A DNA stretch of 63,153 nt, counting the filler, from Bonamia ostreae (lineage: Eukaryota), in the NCBI GenBank assembly GCA_040357525.1. It is 48 parts of 48 records of this genome, joined end to end, with 100 filler letters (N's around TTAATTAATTAA, not from the genome) between each part and the next. Parts side by side here need not be neighbours in the genome. Positions count along the whole stretch, not along the records: positions 22,499 to 23,717 come from JBDODL010002313.1; positions 23,818 to 25,036 come from JBDODL010002314.1; positions 25,137 to 26,354 come from JBDODL010002315.1; positions 26,455 to 27,672 come from JBDODL010002316.1; positions 27,773 to 28,990 come from JBDODL010002317.1; positions 29,091 to 30,308 come from JBDODL010002318.1; positions 30,409 to 31,626 come from JBDODL010002319.1; positions 31,727 to 32,943 come from JBDODL010002320.1; 40 more parts are not named here. One strand, 5' to 3'. Both the position numbers and the translations under genes were made by a program. Below, piece by piece: positions 23,465 to 35,577 of this stretch. Under the pieces are notes generated by a model, which saw nothing but the letters and a program-made list of their open reading frames with translations, had not been told where the DNA came from and made no database searches. How positions within the stretch are numbered: the first letter of the stretch is position 1; each line of letters starts with the position of its first letter.

Positions 23465-25136
23465 TTTTCAATAATTAAATTTTCAAATTTAATTTGTCAT
23501 TTTTAAAATTTTATTCTTCTTTATCAAATTAAAGCGATTTTAAAATTTGATTTTATTCAAATCTATTAATTTGACGATAAATTTTGTTGCTAAATAATTG
23601 TTTAAATAACAAAAAAACATTTAACAATATATATTGTTGAAACAACTATAAAGAATGTAACAATATCTAAAGCTATCAAATTGCAAAATAAATTCTTTGA
23701 GTCTTTTTGTGTTGTTTNNNNNNNNNNNNNNNNNNNNNNNNNNNNNNNNNNNNNNNNNNNNTTAATTAATTAANNNNNNNNNNNNNNNNNNNNNNNNNNN
23801 NNNNNNNNNNNNNNNNNAGTCCATTTTATAGTATGTGTTTCAAATATCAATGCCATATGGGTACAATTACTTTTTTTTAATTTTGGTCATTATGTCATCA
23901 TTTGTGGTAGAGTGCTGTCTAAAGGTTTAACTTGTGTCCAATCTCAGAATGTATTTAACTGATAATGAAAATGTGTTCAAACTGTCCATAAGTCTTTATT
24001 TGTGAGACTATACTTACAGTGGGAGATGTATCAATATTGGTGAGACCTAAAACAATCAATACAAATATTTTGTGAAATCTAGAGTATGTTTATTTGAAGT
24101 AAATCTCCACTTAATTTTCGATCATTATCATTATCGGGACCGACTATTGGTAATGATATTATAGGCATTTCTTGGATGAATAGATAATAATTTTGGAATG
24201 GAAATAGAGTAGATAGGGACCTAACCTTGGATAAATTTTCACTGAATTTTTAAGAATTTAAAAAAACCTTTCCTCTTTCAAAACGGGTCCGTAGATGACT
24301 CATCAACGTGTCCGTACAATCCTTTTCCACAACATACATATATTCTGTCACACCAGGATACTCAGGGTTATTTGTGAAAAGAAAATTGATTGAATTACTA
24401 TTTTGTAGTCGCTTCCATCGTGATACTAAGTATTTCGAAATGTTTTTAAGTAATTAAAAGTTCCTTCGTCGCACAACGCTTACCAGAAAAGAAAGTCAAC
24501 AGTTTTAGACTGACCTTAAAGGCATTCAGATGAATGTTCTTATAGAACTAATATGTCTACATTTTTATACTATCTATATTCTTTATGAGTGAATAGTCAA
24601 TGCAAGTAAGTGAAGGTACATGTAGACGAGTTTCGCGTCAAAGAGGAAAACTGACTCATCAGCTATATTTTATTTGACAGAGATCTACTGGTAAGCTATG
24701 GAACTGAGGTATATGTAGTGCGATACTTATATCATGCAGATTCCTTCATTGACACGACACGTCTGATTTTATTTGGTCTTATCGGAAAACAGCACGATTT
24801 CTGCTTCTAAAGCTGAACCTTTGGCGAAGTAATTATCACTTCTTTTAAAATATCCGGCGCCGTGTTTAACCCTGCCGGATATCAGGTATAGAAATGCGTC
24901 TTAAGGACAGGGAATGATTAATAATGGTAGATCACTCTGTTTTTTCTATGAAGATTGATTGATTGTTTTTTTGCGTCCCGTCCAGAAGTTCTCACTCTAC
25001 TCTGGTAATCATCACCATGAAACACTACAGCGGTCTNNNNNNNNNNNNNNNNNNNNNNNNNNNNNNNNNNNNNNNNNNNNTTAATTAATTAANNNNNNNN
25101 NNNNNNNNNNNNNNNNNNNNNNNNNNNNNNNNNNNN

Positions 25137-26118
25137 ACGCATGACAGCGTTCATAGGGAATATAGTATCCAACATGACATCCATGAGTCATTCAGTGGAT
25201 TCGCAATATTTGCTGCTCGTGCCCACGATATATATGATGGAGGAAAAATATCTTTTAGCAAAGAACTGAGGATCAGTACTTATGTCTTAATAAATCCCTG
25301 TATTCATGGCGTGTGTGAAAATAAGACTGAGACACCTTGCATGGACAAGGCACGAGCGTACACTTTCAAGAATTACCGTTGCGAATGTTTTACTGGATAC
25401 CGAGGTGAGTGGTGTGAAGTCGAGATCAACGAATGTGTTCCAAATCCCTGTTCGGTTTTCTATGACTGCAACAATTTGATCGGACGTTACCAATGTACCT
25501 TAAATGGCGCAAAAACGTTTGGTTTGGCAGTGGGCTTCATCGTCATTATTGCAATAGTTGTCGTTTTAGTAAGGCGCTTTGTCATACAAAAGAGACCTAT
25601 GAACAACAAAATTGGGCCCATGAATATCTGGTAAGATCTAAGTTCAAGATGATAATTTTAATCCATGCCTTATATCAAGTTTGGATCGATTCTATTAAAA
25701 TTCAGATAAACATTTCATTGTTTATTTCAGGGATGTAAACGAGGATCGTGCAAGTGCTAAAATGAAAGACATTCCATCTGATGCTTTGTTTGCTGAACTG
25801 ACAATGGCGAGACCGGGACACCCTGCATGGATGACCACAAATAAGCGTCTTTTCTATAAACGACAAGAAATGAAAGGTGTTCCGTACCACGGACTGAATT
25901 GCAGTTTAGATGATATAGAACACGATCAACCATTCCACGAGGATAAAGACCGATCGATTAAGGAACATCAATTATCAGAGATGGAGATTCAATCCATGCT
26001 TACCCCCTTGTCGTCATACAGCTCTGCTGTTGGAAAGATCTGTCCGCCCCATTTACAGAAAATCCGAAGTAACAACAAAAACGAGAGCCACGATGATCCT
26101 AAATCTTCCCAAGCCTAA
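25137..26118 (+). CDS. Host EGF-repeat single-pass membrane protein, 3' part; intron about 25631-25730
   Basis: Open from the contig start through NPCIHGVC...CECFTGYRGEWCEVEINECVPNPC...C, then a transmembrane helix, a GTAAGA...TTTCAG intron and a cytoplasmic last exon. Confidence 0.85.
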
Positions 26119-27772
26119 AACCCACTTATTTTAACATCATTTCATTACCCGAATTTTCGTATATTTAATCAGATTTACGTAGCAAAGTTTTTGTAGTATA
26201 ATGACTTCTATTAAACTTCTTTTGCATATTTTTTATTTTTTGAGTCGGCTCGCATAGCGAGATACTTCTTGGCATCAGGCCCGTCCTGCGAATTGACCGC
26301 TTCACAACCGCCCCCATATGCAATTGAATATAATTTGATTGGCAGTGTATGTTANNNNNNNNNNNNNNNNNNNNNNNNNNNNNNNNNNNNNNNNNNNNTT
26401 AATTAATTAANNNNNNNNNNNNNNNNNNNNNNNNNNNNNNNNNNNNNNNNNNNNCCTTAAGAACGAATATACTTCGAATTCATAATTAGGACATTCACTA
26501 CGTATATTTCTTGAAAAGATAAATCAGCTTCCACTTCTGAATCTCACACACCATTTACTAGTAATTATGCAGATACGTCGAACGGGAAATGAGAAGAAAA
26601 GGTTCCATACCTTGAAAGGGATGCTATGTCGTCCATTATCAGTGTTATGTGTAAGGATTATAACCACGTACTTAAATACATCATGCAATTATCAGAATAC
26701 AATGCCCAGAAATGATACACTGTAACAATTGCCATGTTATACGTCTCGGTTTACGCCTGACTATATGGACTTTTTCATATACTTGTTGACCGAGCCCTGA
26801 TTCTGTCAATCTATATATGGAATGTTTGTTCAGGCTGTCAGATTACGTTACGGATTCGTCTGTGAAAAAAAAGTTCCAGGTGGACAAGTTTTATCAACCT
26901 GAAAAGAAGCAATTAGTTTGGGGTCAAAACGCTTAGATTATTAGGGTTATCAGGTAAGGATGTAAAAGGTCTCCTATTCAGTATGCTGCAGCAATGATTT
27001 GGCATATCCATGTTTGGCTACTATAATTTTCAATTAAATGGCATGATACTGTATCTGCTCATATACCACAAGTATCTATCTAGTATCTATCAAGGATACC
27101 ATTACTGAGATAGGGAATATCCTTCACTTTCTTAGAGTCCTTATTTTCATTTCACTTTCCACTCTTTCAATATCTATGATTCTCTCCTTTGGAACTCGAG
27201 AGTTCATCATTTTCTCTCGTCTCTCTCCTTTCTGTGTGATTAGTTTCCTCAGGTTACCCTTGGCTTCCAAGAACCATCCAACTGTGACTTTAAAGTCTTT
27301 TCCGATCTGCAAATGCTTTAACACCATTCAAAGGAAAGTGTACAAGAGCAGTGTTGATGCATTTTTTTTCACTTCCATGTCGTCAATCACCATATTATTA
27401 TCAATGTCACATTTTAAAGCCAGGTAGATGAGATGGGGCGTCAACTGATACATTTCCCAAGTCCTGTTATAAGTAATGTTACCAATGTATGTGTTAATGA
27501 AATATAATAGTAATAGTTTCTCCGAAATACTGCCTTTTCTGAGTATATTACTTATAAAGTGACATGTTGCGCCAAATACAAAGCATATAATATTGAAATT
27601 TAAAAGCCAACTATCAATATTTAAGATGTTTTATTATCAGATTTCACGGAATATTGCTTATGCCAATTAAAANNNNNNNNNNNNNNNNNNNNNNNNNNNN
27701 NNNNNNNNNNNNNNNNTTAATTAATTAANNNNNNNNNNNNNNNNNNNNNNNNNNNNNNNNNNNNNNNNNNNN

Positions 27773-28361
27773 AATCGACAGAAAAACAGCTCTTATAAAA
27801 GAACTTTTTGAATGCTTTCTAAATTCCGCTATTTTCTAAATAAATATTTTCTCAAAATTTAAAAAAATTGTAAAAAATGATTTAAATTAATTTTCGCCAA
27901 TAATTTTACGTCAACAATATTTTCATATTCGTCTAAAATGACTTTCCGCAAAATCTTGTGTCTATTTTCCGCACCAGTTCCTATTAATAAAGGCATTTCA
28001 GAAGTTTCTAGCAACAAAGGAGTGCTTGCTTGGAACGGCAAATGCTTCAAATAATATCTCCATTTTTCGTTTTTCATTTCAGACAGAATAAAGACGGCGA
28101 AAATAGTGTGCGTGCTCAAAAGCGGATCAACTTTCTAAAAATGCTAAATTTAACTTTAATTTTTATGTATTTAGACACTGTTTCGTTTTCAACTGCGTTT
28201 TCGATCGTTATAATTAGCTTTCTGGGAATTTTGACTAAAATTTCGTTTTGTTTTAGCGGACTAATTGATTGGACAAATCGGTCATTATTCGTTCGATTTG
28301 TAATTTTTAAGTTATTTATAAATGCTCCCGCGTTTTTAAGCCGAGAAATTAAATTCTCCAT
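27773..28361 (-). CDS. Protist SET-domain lysine methyltransferase (SETD3/LSMT-like), 5' part; 20-nt intron at 28135-28154
   Basis: LKQNEILVKIPRKLIIT...FAVFILSE...KWRYYLKHLP...TPLL......L.GT is the N-terminal pattern of this SET class. Confidence 0.8.
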
Positions 28362-28427
28362 TTTAAAATATTAAAAATTAGCTAATTTTACTTTGGCTAA
28401 TTTTGTCTTAGAAAATAAGCTCCCGCA

Positions 28428-28907
28428 ATGTCCGAAAACGAAGTAATTGAAAGTTTTGCGAAGTACAAAACAGAAATCAACGAAAGAGTAAAAATAAAAT
28501 AACAAAATAACAAAGAACGACAAAAGAGAGGAAATAGTCGTTCTGAGCAGATCGATAACAAAAGACGCGAAAAGAGTCATTTTCCATTTGCATCGGATTG
28601 TTAAAAGCCCCGAAAACAAAGTCATTTCTGAAGCTGAAAAAATGCTCGCGAAAGTCCGATCCAATATTTGCAAAATATCGGACAAAATTTTGGGCGAATT
28701 TTATCCAAAAGATTATTACTTGCACGAAAGACTGTACAGTTTCGGGCTTCAAGAATATATTGAAGCTGAGAGCTTTATGTTTTATTTGAAAAATGGCGCG
28801 TTGATATCTATTAGCGAAATTGAAGATTTGCTTGAAAATGCGCACGAAAACGGAAAACGACTTGTTTTGAGCACGAATAATTATATTTTGGGCATCGCGG
28901 ATTTGAC
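28428..28907 (+). CDS. TSNAX: Protist translin-associated factor X (TRAX), 5' part; 28-nt intron at 28488-28515
   Basis: NDKREEIVVLSRSITKDAKRVIFHLHR, GLQEYIEAESF and YILGIADLT. Confidence 0.88.
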
Positions 28908-29090
28908 GTTTATAATTTTGGAGAAAATGTAGAAAAATTTTTTCGATACACCGACAATATTTTGCACTTTGACGATTATTTACAAATAAANNNNNNNNNN
29001 NNNNNNNNNNNNNNNNNNNNNNNNNNNNNNNNNNTTAATTAATTAANNNNNNNNNNNNNNNNNNNNNNNNNNNNNNNNNNNNNNNNNNNN

Positions 29091-30250
29091 GACGACATGT
29101 CTTCGACAACGAAGCGTCACCATACCCGTAAAGGAATAAATAGAAAGTCGAAGATTTAATCTTTAATGAATAAAAAAGCAATTTTGACCTACAAAAAGAT
29201 TCAACCAAATCACAAGATCCATGTCGAGGATAGATAAAAGGCCCTTTGGAGAAAATTCCAGTTGATTGCAAGAACAACTTGATTCTGGGCAACGTTTTTA
29301 TTGCCTTCTCGTTTAAATGGTCAAATTTTGATTCTGCAAAACTTTTCTCGTTTTTCGCGTCTAAAAATCCACATCCGTAAGCTAAATAATCAGTCGATTT
29401 TTGGGACAATCGATAGTTTTCGAGCATATTTATTAGCGGCTTGTGAAGATATTCTTTGTGTAACCATCAAATTTTGACATTAAAACTTGAAATTTCCTCA
29501 GAAGCGCCGTAAAAAGAGAGAAAATAATTTTCCAAAGAATTTGTTTTTTCGCTCTTCTTTGTCAAATCATTCAAAATTTTCCCCAATTTTCTTTTTTCGT
29601 TTATGTCTATCAAACGGCTTTTGAACAAGTCTGACCTTGACATTGGTAGCTTAATTATAATAACATAAAATTAAATTTTTTTCTCAAGTTGATTTTGATT
29701 AAAAATGCAATTTTTGAAGGACTTAATTTTAAAAGACTTTATCAAAATCATCCTCTAAAATGTAATTTTCTTCTATGCTACAGAAATTGATGTACTTTGG
29801 AATTTTAGTGGCTTTAATTCCGTTAACAATCTTTCCAGCGGAATATATTAAGTGTGGAGAGATTTCGATGTTGAAGCTTTTCTCGTTTGTTTTCTCAAAA
29901 TTTTCATTACAAAATATAATTGTTTTGTTAACAAATGACGAATCTTTATTAAAATTTGGCCATTAAAATGTGAAGCTTAATATAAACCATTAATAAATTT
30001 TGTATAAAATGTTGTCAAAAACCGTTTTCTGTGTGATTTATCCAATTCAAAAATTGTTTTAAAGAAAAAGTAGCGAAGTCTTGTCCATAATAAAGGTTTC
30101 TGTCAATGTGTAAAACTGATTTTCCTATTTTGGCTATTGCTCTTTATTATAAAATGTTAAATTTGAGCGAGCAAACGCGGAAAGAAGAGATTGCACAAAG
30201 CCGGTGCCTTCTATGATAACATCAAAATTCAATTTATCTGTTCTGTCCAT
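29091..30250 (-). CDS. Protist Rab escort protein (REP/GDI family), 5' part, at least five introns
   Basis: Spliced: FDVIIEGTGFVQSLLSAAIAKIGKSVLHIDRNLYYG; SFNIEISPHLIYSAG; LPMSRSDLFKSRLIDINEKRKL; PFIYPRHGSCDLVESFCR. Confidence 0.9.
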
Positions 30251-33200
30251 TTTCTCTATTTGTTTACTAAACGCTTTGAATATATTTTAATGCATTTAGC
30301 TGATTTTGNNNNNNNNNNNNNNNNNNNNNNNNNNNNNNNNNNNNNNNNNNNNTTAATTAATTAANNNNNNNNNNNNNNNNNNNNNNNNNNNNNNNNNNNN
30401 NNNNNNNNTGATCCAATGGTTTTACAACTCTCAGCTGTGATACAGATGTTCAAGTTTCAGTTCCGGTAGTGCGTTTATCTTGGTAACAGGAATAATCACA
30501 AAACGAAAGTAAATAGCAAAAAAAAAAAAAAGAATTTTATTGGCTTAGAACATACACATGAGATTGATCACTGTTCTATATTCCCACCCCTTTCGTGACA
30601 AATGTAAATACATTTAAATGAACGTCATATTAAAGCGGGATATCGTTGCGGTAATAATAAAACATTAGATTGATTTAGTACAAACAGACACCATCTCTGG
30701 CCATCACTGTTTAGAATTTATATTGATCTTACTCAAGGCAATNNNNNNNNNNTATAATTATATAAAAAAATAATTTCATAAAAACATTAAAGTGATATAA
30801 TATACACGTGTTGTTTTGATTTTAAGAATTTAACACACATCTAAAAAAAAAAGATAATGATGCTGGATTGCAAATCGCAGTGTGTTTGATTTTCAATATC
30901 AAATTTCTTTTATGTTATGAAAATATGTCTTTAAAAAGAAATATAATGCACTGTATGGGAAACAAAGCTGGATTACAATTTTTTCTATATTCTAAATTGA
31001 ATAACACAATAGGAGAATCACACGAAAATGAAAAGGTGAAGAAAACAATCAGTGATCAATCTCATAACTATATTTCAAAACAACGGTTTTCGATCTTGGA
31101 GGATATTCTGCAACATCCATTAAAAGCATACTTTACTTATAACATCAAAGTAACTAATAAATATTTCTATTTCATGGGGCATTTACAAATCAAATTATAT
31201 GAAACAAAAACAAAATGGCGTTCATTAATCAAGTATGTCGGGGATAGGATGCTAAAAGTTTATTTTATTTTAAATAGAGCTTTCGAAATGTTTATTACGT
31301 TATTGAGATCAACCATGTGCGACCGCACGATTTAATTTAACGTTGTTCTTGGGTTATCAGAAATAAGGTCAATTCAATTATATAGTTGGATCATGTAAGA
31401 AGTTATGAGATCAGTTATGGAATGCGCTAGGAAGCCATTATACTCATAAAATTAGTAGACTACATGTATAAATATATATCATTATATGCGCAAATCCAAC
31501 ACCTGTAAAGTTGTTACTTGTAAGAATGAGTTGCGCAACTCCCAAAGATGGTAAAGTTACATTTCTAACATGATTCCAAGAGAATTTTATTTCACGATAC
31601 ATTATTATATACTTTGTTTCATGCCTNNNNNNNNNNNNNNNNNNNNNNNNNNNNNNNNNNNNNNNNNNNNTTAATTAATTAANNNNNNNNNNNNNNNNNN
31701 NNNNNNNNNNNNNNNNNNNNNNNNNNCGTTAAGGTTCCACTTCAGTCAAATGTAACAAGGTTCTATAGATAAATTTTATAGCCAAAAAATTCGTTTTTTG
31801 AATACTAGTAGCCATAACTAAATTGAAACAATATCAAGCTCACTATTTTTATGTGTGAAATTGAAAGTAAGTTAGATATCTTTCTAATGTATGAACAAAT
31901 GGAAATCACCGTAGTCTAGTCAATATACAGCTTATACTTAAACGAGCCGCAATAAAATTAATCTTCAATTAGGTTCGTGATAAACAAAACGTCCATCAAA
32001 ATTGACTAAAAAGGAGGGTAGTGACTTTCTTTTGATAAGGGGTGTAACTCATGCAAATCATGCTGAATGTTATTGACCAAGCAATGGAAAGTATATTTTC
32101 ACAGCTCCATTAACATTTTCTAGCTAAATAAAAGTGAGAAAGTTTAATGTGCACCTAATTTAAAATCTGAGCATTATTTTTGTATCCCACATCGAAAATA
32201 AAGTCAATTGGTCAAATGACATCTGTTTTCAATGTCAGTTACGAAAGTTCAATAAAAGGATAATTTTTATTGCAATATGTCCAAAAAATACTTTACAACT
32301 CTTTTTGTATCAGTAATATTACATTGTCTGATAAATGATAAGTATATCAAAATTTAAGTGGAGTATGATTTGCTTAGTTTTCGATTCTTAATATTTATAC
32401 CCTTAATATTGCGAAATCTATTGAGTTTTTTCTCTTTTATAAAAATCATACATAAATAAGTTATTAACATGAAAGAAAACAAAACATCTCAGAGTTTTGA
32501 AAGTTTTACATGATACACTAAATCACAATTAAACTTTCCCTTTTTGACATAAATTCTACTATACAATATATCACATCAACTGAATTTTGTTGTCACTCGG
32601 AAATTATATTCATTTACAAGTAAAAAACACCCCTATCATATGTAGTAAATACAATTATTATAGCCAGGTAGCAAATAGGGACTAACACAACACACAATAC
32701 CAAAGTCCAAACTACTACACGTGAAAACTGGTATATTAATGCTACTTCTAATATCCAGTATTTCTCATACATACATGAAACAAAGTGCAAACATCGGGCA
32801 GGCTTGACGTATTCCTCTTTGATATTGAAATCCATACATGCCACCCCCCCCCCCCCCCTATTTTGAAGTAATGTAGGACTGGTGTAGAGGGTTTTTATCA
32901 TGCTAATGAAATTCTCTCCACGTTAAATTTTGCACAATGAAAGNNNNNNNNNNNNNNNNNNNNNNNNNNNNNNNNNNNNNNNNNNNNTTAATTAATTAAN
33001 NNNNNNNNNNNNNNNNNNNNNNNNNNNNNNNNNNNNNNNNNNNATGGAGTATCCCCACCAACAACCAAGATCCTTCCAATACCTTCGGATGTACCTAGTG
33101 GCTGAATGGTAGAGGTCGCACCGTCCTGGATCTCCCTTTTCTCGACAAGACCTGGACCGTGCCCTGACCTTATCTAGGCGGGCGCTTGCGCCTTGCTGCT

Positions 33201-34360
33201 TTTCCCTAGTAGGCTTTGGCCCTGGCTACCTCTTTTTGTACTCCGGAATGCCTCGGGCACCCATTTAAAATAGAATATATCATCCACAAGTCCATGTCGG
33301 TTTAGACTGTGGACTGTGCTTTCAGAAAAAAAACAAGGGTAACGTACAGCTGTGGTGGTCGTTGTTGGAACGAATTTCCCGGCAGCCGGAATGACGTAGT
33401 CCGCGTGTGGGATATGCACATGGCCTGGAAACATGTGATAGTTAGATGCGATACCTGCCGCTGACAAGACGCAAGCAACGCAGTTCCAAGTTCCGAGTAC
33501 AGATTTACATATTTTAAAGAGACCATATAAGGCGAGCCTTCTTCAGAAAGACCTGTTTAACACTGTGATAGCTAAAAAACCGATAACCCTAACTCCCTCA
33601 TTTAAGAAAATTATGCACACATGAATGTTTTCATGAATATGTAAGTCATCAATATCAACAAAACTTCAATGACGAATTTGAATCGCTCATATTTACTGTT
33701 TTAGTAAATGGTCCTCTAGTTTAGATCCCTTATATAGGGGAGCAGTGCACCATTTCTTGATATCTCATAAAAAGTTTTAAAATTCTTTGTAAAGATGGTT
33801 AAATATCTTATTATAAAATATCTTTAGTTTTCGATATATTTTGAAGTTTGAATTTTTGATACTAGATCTGTAACTCCCTAATTGGTGGGCTTTAATGAAA
33901 CACACGGCTAAGGATATCTTCAGTGCTCTATTAGAAAATATACTTCTTCAATGATGAACTAAATTTTTACGGATATTGCTTCTTAGAATACTGAGAGACG
34001 GATTCTTCTCATATGTATTAGACGTGTTGATATGTTATATCTGTATGCAATAATTATACGGTAGCTGTTGCGCCTTTCGTCTTAGTTTCATGGTTAAAGT
34101 ATTTCCATACCAAATAGCCTTGAAATTCCATTGCAAATTAAAGAACTATGTGTACACATATTTCTGTCATTTTGCAAAAAAAAAATGTTGAACACTGCAA
34201 AATTCAATATATATACATGTATAGTCTAACTTTGCATTGTTTATTATTTCGTTTTTGCAANNNNNNNNNNNNNNNNNNNNNNNNNNNNNNNNNNNNNNNN
34301 NNNNTTAATTAATTAANNNNNNNNNNNNNNNNNNNNNNNNNNNNNNNNNNNNNNNNNNNN

Positions 34361-35577
34361 TCGTCCCAAAATCAGTTGTCGAAAACGCAACATCTCATTC
34401 CCAAAAGACCAAAAACGAACTCCAAAAAAACGAAATTTTGCCCAATCAAAAAACAAACGAAAATTTGGAAAATATTTCAGAAGAAAAAACAAACGAAAAA
34501 TCAACTAAAAACGAAAAAACAAACGTAAAATCGGAAAACCAGAACATCGAAAATAAAATGAAAACGTCGAAAAACGAAATAAAATGTTTTGAAAAATTGC
34601 TGGAAGAAATGGATATCAAAGTAACTGCCGAATGGGAAGATGTTTTGCCAGCTCTACAAAACGATGATCGATTTAATATTGTTAAAAACAAAGAAGAAAG
34701 AATTGAAATTTTTAACAATTGGAAAAAAAGACTTTTTAAAAATCAAGTTTGGCAAAATTTTATCAATTAATAAAAAGATAATAAAAGAAAAGAACGAAAA
34801 AAGGGAAAAAATGGAAAAAGAAAAATCGATGTTTTAATTACAAAATTGATAAAAATTAAAATTTAGAACAACAAAAAATTTCTTATCAAAAAAATTTGAT
34901 GCGATTGATGATCAAAATCTTCGAAACAAGATTTTAAAAGAGTACACTAAAAAAATGGTTAAAAATGAACTAAAAGCCAAAAAAAGAAAAAAGTTAATTT
35001 TTAACAAAAATTTTTAGTCAAAATTTTTAGACGAAATAACAAAATTTTTAGTCGAAAATATCAAAATTTTCCGTCAAATTTTTAAACAAAATAACAAAAT
35101 TTTATTAACAGAATAGACCAAATGGACCAATTAGAAACTTTTTTCCGCGCCAAACGCGATTTCAAAATCGACACGCCTTGGCAAATTGCCCTCAAAACAG
35201 CCAAAAAGCAAACATTCTGCAATGAACTTAACGAAAAAGACATTTTCAAAGTCATTTCCGAGCTCAAAGAAGATCTTTCTTTGAGAGAAAAAGCCATCGA
35301 CGGCGACGAGCAACCTTCAGATGATGAAGGCGCCCGTTTTAGGAACGACTTTCGGAAATTGTTGGATGAAATCGCTCGAGCGGACATGATCAACACTAAA
35401 ACAAAATTCGAAGAGATAAAGGATTTGGTGACAAGAGACGATCGGTTCGTTGCGCTCAAAGAACAAGATTTTGCGGCGGAAGACATCTTTGAGGATTATT
35501 GTCGCAATTTGCGTGTTCTAATAAGAAGAGATAAGCGAGTTTTTGAAAGTCTGATGAAAGTTTTTAATGGCGCAACT
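34361..35577 (+). CDS. Protist FF-repeat protein, PRP40/TCERG1-like, internal fragment with three introns
   Basis: FF domains FEKLLEEMDIKVTAEWEDVLPALQNDDRF...ERIEIFNNW and FRKLLDE...TKFEEIKDLVTRDDRF...EDIFEDY; GTTTGG, GTTTTA and GTTAAT donors restore the frame. Confidence 0.8.

Noticed and set aside
29150-29190. Possible non-canonical GT-CG intron in the Rab escort gene
   Set aside because: A canonical AG 12 nt earlier keeps the frame, so there is no need to invoke a non-canonical site without transcript data.
21180-30250. Apparent prenylation cluster (FNTB near Rab escort protein); similarly eIF3a with an eIF3f-like gene elsewhere in the window
   Set aside because: The genes are on separate contigs ordered only by length, so proximity carries no information.
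30868-31335. 155-aa ORF in an AT-rich host contig
   Set aside because: It has a non-ATG start and no splice signals, codon bias or domain pattern; likely chance.
33044-33560. GC-richer coding-like segment on the minus strand
   Set aside because: All frames are interrupted and no family was recognisable; it may be a host pseudogene or transposon relic but cannot be supported.
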